This document shows positions 13,118 to 24,500 of a DNA stretch of 64,000 nucleotides, one piece after another. The stretch is from positions 15,602,532-15,666,531 of the forward strand of contig CM119263.1 of assembly GCA_051294375.1 (NCBI GenBank), in the 5' to 3' direction. The position numbers and the translations under genes were made by a program. The notes below the pieces were generated by a model. The model did no database searches and was not told the origin of the DNA. It was given only the letters and a program-made list of their open reading frames with translations. This DNA comes from Paraspadella gotoi. Its lineage: Eukaryota; Animalia; Chaetognatha. Each line of letters begins with the position of its first letter. Position 1 is the first letter of the stretch.

Positions 13118-13280
13118 TTTGTATTATTTTCTCTCTTTTCGTTGCTAAGTGAATATTAGGAATTGTTCATTGTTTGCTATGTTTTCTATGATAATAAAAA
13201 TCGTTGTATTGGCAAACAATAAACAATTCCTAATCTATGATAATAAAAATCGTTGTATTGGCAAACAATAAACAATTCCT
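13118..13280. mobile_element. Truncated Penelope-like remnant (inverted plus tandem 3' ends) with an 11-bp target-site duplication
   Basis: AGTATAAAAAC flanks both sides (13107-13117, 13281-13291). Inside are two ~47-bp tandem copies of CTATGATAATAAAAATCGTTGTATTGGCAAACAATAAACAATTCCTA and an inverted partial copy (13157-13180). AATAAA..ATCGTTGT and the CTTTTCGTTGC tail are shared with the hammerhead elements. Confidence 0.55.
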
Positions 13281-13479
13281 AGTATAAAAACAGAAATTTT
13301 TTTTCGGCGGCAAAGTAAGAAAGTTTGAAAAAATCTTCGACTTGCCACCAATGGACGACCTGGAAACCCTTGACTTTGTCCGGCTAACACTTTAATTTTG
13401 CAATAGGATGAGGCTACTCAAAAAGATTTTCAGGACTTGTGATTGTTTTGCCAAGTTAATGAAAATTTTATTTAAATTA

Positions 13480-16400
13480 TTTACTGAGCTATTAAAATCG
13501 TTTTCAGGTAGATACTCGCGAATCTCCTTGTAGATTTGATGTCTGGAGAAGTGAGGGAAGAAACGAGAGAGGAAAGGGGAGATTAACATTGAAAGAGTTT
13601 TATGGTTTAGAAGTTCGGCAGTTGAGATCGAGGATAAACAAACTGAGATTGGATTGAAAAAAAGTGGCTGAAAAAAATAAATAATTGTCAGGCGTAAAGA
13701 AGAAGAAGATGAACATAAACAAAACCAAACAAAATAAACCCCCCCCCCAAAAAAAAGAGGAAAAAAATAAGAGGAAAAGAAATCCTTTCGACTAACATTT
13801 CGGTTTGATGACGGAGAAGACCGCGCCACGACGCCACGCCACGTAAAGACCCACACTGACGACGAGCACGACGACGCCAAGAACGAGAAGCAGCGCCGCC
13901 GCCACCAATTCCGAACCGGCGCCGCGAGAAGAAGACGACGTCACGATGGCGCCGGCGTTCGGAGCTTGGTCCGATGCTGGACGTGGAGCGGAAGGCGTGT
14001 TTTTAATTGATCTAAATTTCTTAAACATTTTAAACCAGACGGGCTGACAGAAAGACTAAATTTTAGAATTAAGTTACGTCAAATTTAATATCAAAAAAAG
14101 GGGGAAGTCATCTTTTCTCTCTTTTTTTCTCGAATTCAAGACGAGCGACGCGGAGGTCGCGTCTCACGTCATCAATCATTCCGAGGGAATCGCCGATTCG
14201 AGGAAATTGAGTGGATGAAAACTGGAGGGAAATCAGACTCTAGAAAGAAAAAGGGGATAAAAACAAAGGAGGAAAGAGAAGCTAGAGAAAATAAGGAAAG
14301 AAGGAGATAGAAGAAAATGAAATTGGGGAAGTGTCGGAAATAGAAATGAGGAGTAAATCATATTTATGAATAAGATCAGAGTATTTAAGCTTGTTTGTTG
14401 TTAACTAAAATAATATACTGTGGCGGTATATTCACACCGCCTCACGTCACCATCCTTCAGCCAAATCCATTGGGTCAGAGGGGGAACACACCATCCCAAG
14501 TGTAGTGTTCCATCCACAGTCCTAACGACTTCCCTCTGCGTTGGCAAAGCGAGAACGTCCTAGGGTAACCGCGCCAGTGACTGGAGGCGTCACTGAGGGT
14601 CGGAAGCCCCCAAAGCCAACAGTGAGATGCCCCATCCCAATGGGCATCACAGGCAACCCGGCTGTTGCCATAAGTGGTGAGCCCTACTATCGAACACGCA
14701 ACCTTCTCAGGGTACGCTACGACAAACGCCTATGCCCTGCCGACTTCGGGTACGCTACGACAAACGCCTATGCCCCTGGGGTACGCTACGACAAACGCCT
14801 ATGCCCCACAACTCGCGCTCTCTCTCTCTCCACTATGGTAACAGTCTTGTCAGACACCTCTCAGGCTTGAGGAACCTGAGTGATGTCTTGGCCCGGGGAT
14901 CCTGTGGCGGTATATTCACACCGCCTCACGTCCACCATCCTTCAGCCAAATCCATTGGCTCAGAGGGGGAACACACCATCCCAAGTGTAGTGTTCCATCC
15001 ACAGTCCTAACGACTTCCCTCTGCGTTGGCAAAGCGAGACCGTCCTAGGGTAACCGCGCCAGTGACTGGAGGCGTCACTGAGGGTCGGAAGCCCCAAAGC
15101 CAACAGTGAGATGCCCCATCCCAATGGGCATCACAGGCAACCCGGCTGTTGCCATAATACACGGATTTCAAATGAAAGTGAAATGAAAGGATCAAATACT
15201 TATTTGTTATAGAAACTTGAGATTTTGCACCCTGGTAAAAGAATCGCTTTTTATTTTTTAACTCTCAGTAGTCCAGCTTGCTGACTTTCTTAGTTATGTG
15301 CTCATCATGGCATGGTCGAATTTCAAAAAAGCAATTTTTTTGCATTTGAATAGGACCTTCCTGTTATATGATATATTTTTATGACAAAAAATGAAATGTT
15401 TGAAAATTTTATTTCATCTTACAGATATAGACATTGGAATATGTGTCTGAGCAATCTGAATGTCGCAACCACAATGACAGCCTTTTTCATTTTATAGCTT
15501 TTCTCGAAGAATTTAAAATATTCATCTCAATTTTTTTTGCAATGAGTTTAAAATTAAATTATCAAATAAGAGTGAAAAAATGTTGAAAAAAAGGCTGCTG
15601 GAAGGCAAGCGTACCAGTTGCTATGATGTAAAGTATTATCAATTTGCTTTATAGGAACATAAACGTCAGGGACTTTTCTAACTAATGAAATGAACAAATA
15701 TTAATCACAGTTAGTCAGTTAAGAGTTATAACTCTTTTCATTTCACTCCCATTTGAAATCCGTGTCCACCTAAATCAACCTTCACTTTTGACGTTCGTTA
15801 TTTTAGTGTCGGTTCTTATATGCGATTTATTTCGAATTCAACAGGGTTGATTCGGTACATACAGGAGCACAACTAGAACACAACTAAGCCAATTCTCATT
15901 CCACACAACTCAGCCAATTCTCATTGCACAATGCACACAGCTCAGTAATCAGTATTTAGTAATCAATCTGACTGAAGGGCGTCACTCTTTACTACTCGTT
16001 CTGACTCTTTCTCACTTCCATAATTGAACTCGTGAGCGAAATCGTCGTCGACGTCACGTGACTTCAAGACGATTGCCGGCTCCTCCTCCTTCTTTTCCTC
16101 TTCTTCCTTCGGCGGAAACAAAGATGGCGTCTTTGCTAAATGACCTGATTTTTAAAAAGGAGGTAAGTGAACGAGATACAATCGAGTTAGTAAAGTTTAA
16201 GTTGGGTAATTTTTTAAATAAATATTTTGATTTAATAACACAACAAGTAAATAAATAAATAAAACCGAAGATCCAGATTGTTGAATCGCGAGAACTTTTA
16301 AGGATAATAAAGAGGCGGCAAATCACCTCCTACTTTGATGGCGTGATCGACGTCTGCTTTGAGACCAACCGACGCGTGATATCGTTTCACGTATTCGTTG

Positions 16401-16798
16401 TACAGATCGATGATGTCGTTTTGCCATTTGGTGATCCAATCTTGCGTCGCGTGATCCGTCGTCGTCGTTGCCGACGTCGTCATCGTCGCTAGCAACGTCG
16501 CCAAAAGCGCCAACCGGATGTGAAGGGGAGATGGCGCGAGTATCGGTGAGAAGGATTTTGTGCGATGGGTGACGGGGTGAGGTGAAGAAGAGGAAGAGGG
16601 GAAAGGAGAGGAAGAAAAGGAAAAAGAGGGAGAGAGGGAAGCACCGGCTCCGGTTTTGATCAACCGCGCTCGATCTTTCACCTCGAGAAAACAATTGGCA
16701 AACTTCTTCCTCATTCTCGCTCCGAACGGACGCATCCGGCGCCAAATCCCATTTCCGGTAGCATTCCGTCCTCGTCGCGAGACCGAGTCGTTTTCCAT
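13480..16798 (-). CDS. Uncharacterised putative single-pass membrane protein (approx. exons 16798-16327, 16143-16017, ~14240-14100, 14010-13797, ~13542-13486)
   Basis: GC-rich open segments are bounded by AG/GT. They encode a hydrophobic stretch LHIRLALLATLLATMTTSA, an acidic exon GHLAKTPSLFPPKEEEEKKEEEPAIV.., and a TM exon ELVAAALLLVLGVVVLVVSVGLYVAWRRG with a basic stop-transfer. No family recognised; start and end uncertain. Confidence 0.45.
14419..15156 (+). mobile_element. TRIM-like miniature LTR retroelement (LTR1 14419-14672, internal 14673-14902, LTR2 14903-15156)
   Basis: Two near-identical 254-bp direct repeats run TGTGGC...GCCATA. A 4-bp TSD ATAC lies at 14415-14418 and 15157-15160. 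A PBS-like AG-TGGTGAGCCC follows LTR1. The 230-bp internal region has no RT or integrase. Confidence 0.85.
15159..15765. mobile_element. MITE with ~30-bp terminal inverted repeats
   Basis: ACACGGATTTCAAATGAAAGTGAAATGAAA at the left end pairs with TTTCATTTCACTCCCATTTGAAATCCGTGT at the right end (2 mismatches). The interior is AT-rich and non-coding; no clear TSD. Confidence 0.7.
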
Positions 16799-16968
16799 TG
16801 TTTTTCTGTGCCACGCGCCCGCCGGTGTCACGACGCCGAATATTTTCTCGGGCGAATTCAGGATTTGTATTTTTCAAGTTTGGATGAAGAGGCACCAAAG
16901 ATTCTTCAAAAGTCGCCGCAGAGGGGAAAAATTTCGTGGCATTTTATTTTTCGCCTCAAAACTGGAAG

Positions 16969-17047
<79 letters not shown>

Positions 17048-18569
17048 GCGACAGAAAGAGGCGTCGGTATCGTTTTAGTCTCTGCTCTTTTGTTTTTGAC
17101 AGAAAAAAATGCACGATCTTTAAGATTTGTTTGTTTTCGTCACCGGGCGAGAGAGATAGAAAGAAATAGGGAGAAAGAAAATGACCGCATTTATTGATAT
17201 TGCGACTTTAAACTGTGTGTTTGTTATACTTCTGTCAAGAGCAAAAGTTGACATTTTCAGCCTTTAGATTATTGTCAGTAAAAAGTTTAATTCCGTATCA
17301 GAAGGGAAAAAAAATTGACGATCCGTAGCTTCGGTAGCATCAATTCTCTGTGTAACGAGATCCAGCATTTAGTAATTTTTTTTTATTAGTATCGTAAAAT
17401 TGTTTTATTTCTACGGCATTAATCGTCTGTCTTGGTAAAAAGACATAGCTGCGTGATGAAAAAGAAATTATTGTAGGATATATGAAAAGTTAGTATTAAC
17501 TAAAAAGTTTAAAAAATTAAGTTTTAACGATTGGCAAGAGAAGAGAGAATCGGCGACAAATTCCAACAGAACCGTTGGTCTACTGGATGAAAGTGACGAA
17601 CTGCGACGACGACGACGACCGCAACGAAGACGACATCAGCGACGAAGGCACCCTTCACAGTTCACACCTTAGGAAAATAGAGTTGAGATCGACTGTCGGA
17701 AGCAGTGAGATTGAACCAAATAAAGCAAGATATAAAAATATTCTTGGCTTAAAGTGAAATGAAAATTATAGGGACATGTTGCCTCCTAATTGGCGAGTAT
17801 CGTAAACAGTTAGTTCAAAAAATATATCTTTAGTTTTTAAATTTAAGTTAAAAAATGTAGTTGCGAAATTTCCCTTGCTATTCAAAATAAACTAGCTAGT
17901 AGTAATGAGCTACTGAGAAATTGTCTCCGTTTATTGTGCTCGCGATTGAAAAATAAAACCCAAAAAATTTCAATGCCCAAGCTCGCTCAGAAAAAAGAAG
18001 GTAACAAAATAAAAATAATAGATTTTCTCTCCTATTATATAGAAAAAAAAATATTTAAATGAAAAAAAATTTACAAAAAACCTTTATTGCTTGGTCAGAA
18101 TAATTAGCTATTGGCGAAAAATTATTTCTTACAACTGGTTGTAATTGAAATTATCTATCTTTGCAAAAATCGTAGTTTTCTTAAAAGCGTCACAAAATTA
18201 ATAAAAAAATACTTTTAAAAAGAAAATTCTTAAAAAATTGACCGTAATTACCCACGCATACATATACATTGTACAAAAATTATATGGCTATTTACAAAGC
18301 AATTATGTCTAAATTTTAATCTTACTTAAATTCTAACAATGACAAAATGAGATTCATATTGCCTTCTCCTTTCTCTATGGTACCAAAAAAATAATAAAAA
18401 GGCACTTTCCGAATTAAAGCGAAATTCGAAGGCAACACAAGGGGTTCTTTTTATAGATATACAAAGTTAACGATGGCGTAAGTTTTTCGTCGTTATTATC
18501 GCTTGGTTTTTCTTTTTTATCGATGAGGCGAAAGGATTTGTTTACAAGAGGCAACTGTTGAAACCTTCT

Positions 18570-21500
18570 TCACACTGGCGACTCTTGTGGAGCCTCGGGA
18601 TTTTCCGGTTGCGTGTCTTTCTCGTCTAAAAACAAAAACAAAAAAATTATTGCCTCGTCCACCGTTCGTTCATTTTACTTATCACATTACTGCTCATTAG
18701 GTACATAACTAAGTATATACATTATTATAATTTATTATTGTCTCTTACCTTTCTTTGGATTTTCTTTTCCTTCGACGTCAGCTGTGAATGGAGAAATTGG
18801 GATCATTAAAAATTACTAAATTTTTTTTTCGTCTATGTCCTCCGCTTGATTTCTTTGTTTCGGCTTTCATCACCTTTATCTTCCTCAGTCGGGACGGGAG
18901 CGTCTTTCTTCTCGTTCTCGTCGGGCACCAATGCGTCACCCGCTTCAGGATCCTTGCTTTTGTCGGCCTCTTCTGTGGGTGGAAACAGAAAACGTTTGTG
19001 CTAAGCATGTTGCTCTTACCTTACATTGACAATTTCTATTTCTACGTAAAGATTTTCCTTGGCTTTTGAAAATCAACTAACTTCAATAAATACTACATTA
19101 AACATAATACATTATACACAAAACGAAAAACTAACCTTGTTCCTGCTTCTTTTTCTTCATCAAATAGAGAGCAACGATGACGGCGGCGATGATGATGAGA
19201 ACGATTATGATGGGCACAACGATGGCCGCCACGTTTGAGCCTTCCACTGTAACAATTTAAAAGATTTTATTAGACAAGCAATTAATATTTATTCGGCCAG
19301 CGGTAAGTTAAGAGTAAAAAATATAAATATATGCATATGAAAACTCTTCCATGTTTTAGAGATAATTTAAAATCGATAAAAAGCCAAATATTCTTGTTAG
19401 AAAAAGAAGCGAATCACGGCATTACAACAAAACCCGCAAATGTTATAATCCGAAAGTACTTCATCATGCGAGCACAAGCGTTTACCCATAATATGGGCCA
19501 TATGATCATTATTCTAAGCAATTTATTTTTACTAAATTAAGCAAAATTTTTGACGAAATGGAAAACCACAAGGGGGAGAAAAAAACCCGTAAAGGTCCCG
19601 ACCTATTTTTTAAAAAAAAATTAAGTAATTAAGTAATTAGGTAATTAAAAAAGACTGGACAAAATAGAATACTTTTCCCAAAATTTCGTCGGGGGCTGCG
19701 GTTAAGACAACAGAGCTACGTCTTGCATGCCTTCTATGGAGTGGTGCATTCCACTCATGCAAAATCAAGTCCCGCTTCCAACTCGGTTTTCCCATTTTAA
19801 AAGTTTTCTCAGTATCGTTGAGAAAAAAATTCATACCGAAAACGGGGAGAGATCGAAACGACGGGTGGAAGGATCGAAAATGTTTAAAGATTCTAATTTT
19901 GATTCTTCAAGAAGCCGAAAAATACTTTTTTTCGGGTCACTTTTTTGTTGCGAGTTTGTTTTAACGAGATCAGTCAGTCAAGAAATAATCGGCATTGGGT
20001 CATGGGTTGAGTTTGAATTTTAAAGATAACAATTTGTTATCCTTCCCTAGGCACTGCTTAGATTGCAAAAAAAAAATTGCGATTTTTGGCATCCCAATTT
20101 GGTTAACAGCTTAATTAAACAGCAGATTAACCTTCTAATAATATTTTGCAATCCAAAATTTCAAAACTCAGGCGAAAATCCTAAATAAACCCTCTAAAAA
20201 TAGTATGCATTAGTATAGAAAGTTGCTTTTAGACTGAGCTGGACGAAATAAAAAACTAAAAAAGTCTGAAAATACTTTATGTCCTGTACAATGCTTTATT
20301 TTCTTATTTAAAATTCTCGTTTTATAATTATGTTCATTTGAAAATAATGATAATGTCAGCAAGCTACAAAAAAGTTTGGCAATGAATAATAGAAGAATAA
20401 AACCAAACATGCGTAAATTAATAAATTAGCTTACCTGGAACACTTCTTTTATATGTTTTAAATTTTTATTTCACTAACTCGAAAATTCTTACAATGTCCT
20501 ATATAAACGACATTTAGAAAAATAAAATTCTTTCTATCGAAACTCAATTGTTTAAAACACCCGAGGCTATGTTTAATATACCAAATAATATTTACAAACA
20601 AACTGCGTTGTTTAATGTGAAATTTTAAAACCAATAAGGCATTTAAGCTTGTTAAGTTCATGATACACAGCTTCGATGAAAGCAAGACATATTTTTTTTA
20701 ACTAGGAATGTTATAGATCAAGATCTGAATTTAGCGATATATGTACAAAAGAAGAAAAATCATTCATATCAAAAGATGAAAAGGTAATGAACGAGAAACG
20801 AAAAGGCGAGAAGAAGGATAGAAATAGCCTTCGTCGACGCTGTTTTTAAAATATATTAATTTTTTATATATATATTTTTTCAAATAGTGCCGAAATACGC
20901 AAAGAAGGGGATGTGCAATGGGAAAAGAAAATACGTTTGAGCTTATTTAGGAAAGCCTAAAATATTTTTATCACTTTTAATTGAGTCTCAAAATGGAAGT
21001 TCATCATTTTAAGCCAGTAATAAATATTTCTATATTAAAAAGTTGGTACTTTTTTAACGTTTTTAACGTCTTGGTACAGCCAATTGATCTTAATTGAAGT
21101 TAACTTTATTTTTAATCGGGTAACATTTACTACAAATTGTCTATTTTTTCAATAGAACCCCACATTCCCTTAGTTTAGTTGAGTGTTTTCGCTCACCTTT
21201 GCCTTCCTTAACGGTGAACTTGCGAAGCTTTTGACCCAGATCGTTTTTGGCGGTGCACTCGTAGACGCCAGCATTGGCGGGTGTGAACGAAGCGATGTTG
21301 ATCTTTGGGTCTTTAGTGGAGGAGTAGTCTTTCCTGCAAATTTGGAAAAAAAAAGGGAAATTTCAGATTCACTCTCTCATTGCAGATGGAATCGGAACCA
21401 AGAATGGAATCGGATCCGCGACTCAGATGAAATCCGCCGAGGTCTCTCAGATTGGATGAATCTCTGTCTAAATACTTAAATGTTCTTATCTTTCCTTACC

Positions 21501-24500
21501 TTATTCATTGGTCATTTGCACATCGACCAAACTCACTTTTCTTCGCCCTCTTCGGGCTCCGCCGCCGGCGTAAACTTCCAGGCGTAGGTGGGCGCGGGAA
21601 AGGCGCTGACCGTGCAGTCGATGTCGACGGGCTTTTCCGCTTCGGCGTGAATCGTGTCGGCGTCGAACCCGGTGGTGAACGGCGCGTCTGTCGAAAAGAA
21701 AAAAAAAAGCGGGAAATTCATTCACTTTGAAGCGGATGTTCTCTTTTTTTTTCTCCCAGGATTTGGCTCACGTTTGATCTCCAAATCGATAGAGGCTTTC
21801 GCCTCCTCGTTCGTCTTAGAATTTTTCGCTTGGCAGATCAACGATTTTCCGTGGAACTGAGCCTTCGCCTTCAGATCATCCGACACAGCCTGCGGAATTA
21901 ATTAAAAAACAAATAATTCGGGGCGAGGGGAAGAATATGGGAGAAGGTGAAGAGGGAAAGGAGAGAGAAAGGAAATAATTAAAAGAAAGATCAATAAGAG
22001 TAAGGTGAATTTCGTATTGATCGTTAATAGAATTTAGTTAATAGATCTCGACAATTACTTTTTACGCAATAAAAGAGAAAACTATCAAGCAATACATACT
22101 TTGCCGTCAATAGTGTAGGTCACTGGGGCTTCGGGGTTCATTGCATCCGATTTGCAAGTGAAGTTGAGCTCATCGCCCTCTGTTGCTTCGATCTTCGCTG
22201 GATTGGCGACCACTTTGGTCGGTCCGTCTTTCAATAAATTCATTGATTTTTTTTCTTTAGTTTTCAATTAATTAGGTTCAACGTCATTTAACGATACTTC
22301 AACTCCTTACAGGCAATGGTTATGTTTTTTTCGTCGGTGACGTCCCCGGCAACGCAAGACACAGTCATTTGTTCCTTCAAGTCAGGGGTGGCCTCGATCT
22401 CCTCAGAAGTGGATTCTTTAGCGGCTCCATTGACCTGGGGTGAAACGAGAGAAGTATAAACAAAAAATAGGGTTTAAAAAATATGGATGAAATAATTTTA
22501 ATTTTGCCGTTAATTCCTAAAACAGCGGAATCCAATGATTGATTAAAATAGAAACTATTGACAAGGATAACCTTCAACTCGAGTTTCCGCACGGGGCTTC
22601 CGAGGTCTTCCGCAGTACATTTGACGGCCAACTTGTCTCCACGCTTGACAAAGTCTTTGGCCTCCAAGACAACTCCAGATGGCTTCCCTGGGGTCGAGAC
22701 ATTAAATTTTCATTTCCTCAGACAAAAACAAGGGAATCAAAATACGATTTGCATATGACAGTACAATTTTGTTTTATACCTATTTTCTGTGGGCCTTTGA
22801 TTGCTATTCTTTTCAGTTTTCCCGCCAAAATAAGTCTTATAATTGCTTAAGGAGCATACCACAACCTTTTTGCCAAAATATGTGAAGAAAAACATTGTTT
22901 TCTCGATGTCGACAAATTGATATAGAGGAGAGAGATAGTACCCCAGTACCTACTACTAGACGCTCTACGAACCACAGACGACAATGTACTTACACTGAAT
23001 CTCGATGGCGTTTGACTGACATTCGATACTTTTTTTGGAGTATGAAACGAGCGTGCAGGTTAACGTGGTGCCGTTGTGTTCTTTTTCGAAGGTTTGAGCA
23101 TCCTTGAGCGTCGCTGTGAGTACGGTGTCAGTGTCCGTGTAGCTCACCGTTATATTTTTCTGCAAAAAAAAAAGTTAAATATTTTTCTTACGCGTAAAAT
23201 GATTCCATATTTGCTTTTAAGTGTCACTTTTTTTTTAAATTTTGACCGAAATTGATATCAAGCGTTCCCGTAACTCACCCCGTCCTTGTCCGTCATTGTG
23301 AAGTTGAGTCCCAAATTCGTGTTGTTGTGCCATCCTTGTCTGATGAAGCCTCCCTTGGTGACAGAACAAGAGAGACCCTCCACTTTGTCTCCGAGCATTA
23401 CGGGATTTTTTATCTCGGGACATTTGAGCGTATCGTTTTCTTAAAATTACCGAGAGATTAGATTAGGGAGTGACAACGAACAAAAACGACAGCAGAAAAA
23501 AAAGAAAAAGAAAACGGTATGCAATTCCATCTACTCACTCATGACAACGACGTAGTGGTTGACTTCATCCGGTTCACTAGACCAGTCGCACTCGTATTCT
23601 CCGGCTTCAGACGCTTTCACATTCTCGTAATAATACAGGTAATCGTGGTTGCTCACTTTTTTCACTTTGAGACCCTATAAATTTCATTTAAAAAATCCTT
23701 AGTCTACATTAGACTAATGTGAAAATACTAAAATTTTGTAAAATAAAAATTTAGCATATAGAACATGAAAATAAAAACCAATAACATTAATTTTATACAT
23801 TAGTATGAACCAGTGAGTTATATTTATACATAGTAAAAAGTATATGATAGGCAAAAATTTCAAAATGCAAATTTTTAAATTTTGAGATCGGCTTTGGATT
23901 CCTTGCAAAAAGTATTTATAAGAAAGTATATTTTTTTAAAAATTCTTTCATTAAGTTGGTAAAAAATATAAAAATTAAATTTATTTATATTTTCAATTTT
24001 TTGTTTAAATATAGTTTTTATTATAATTTATATAATTTTATAATTATAAGTTTCATAACCTACTTAATGACATAATTTTTGAAAAACATTTATATTTTTT
24101 TTCATCAACTTTTAACGAGGAATCTGAATTTGTTTTCAGAATTTAAAAAAAAATTATTTTGAAATTTTGACATTATATAAGGGTAGTACGATATACAAAA
24201 TAAGCTGACAGGTCGACTATATTTGTAAAAATAATTAGAGATTAGTATTAACTAAATCGAGACCTATATCTTCTCATAAAAATAAGGAGTCGAAATTAGT
24301 AAACTACCTATAAAAAGTCAGGAAAATGAGAATACCTTATAAAAAATATCAATTTTAAAAATTACTCAGATTGAGAGCGTTAAAAAGCTACTCGGGCGGA
24401 TACAAAAATTTAATAATTAAACATTGGGAAATGACTGTACCGCTGGCCGATCCGGTCTCTCCGCTGTCCCAAAGTAATAGTTATGGGGATCGGCGGCTGG

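Noticed and set aside
14710-14807. CRISPR-like 28-nt direct repeats
   Set aside because: The spacers are only 2-10 nt, there are no cas genes, the context is eukaryotic, and the repeats lie inside an LTR element.
17575-17757. Short acidic ORF on the + strand
   Set aside because: It is driven by a (GAC)n tract and has no splice or homology support.
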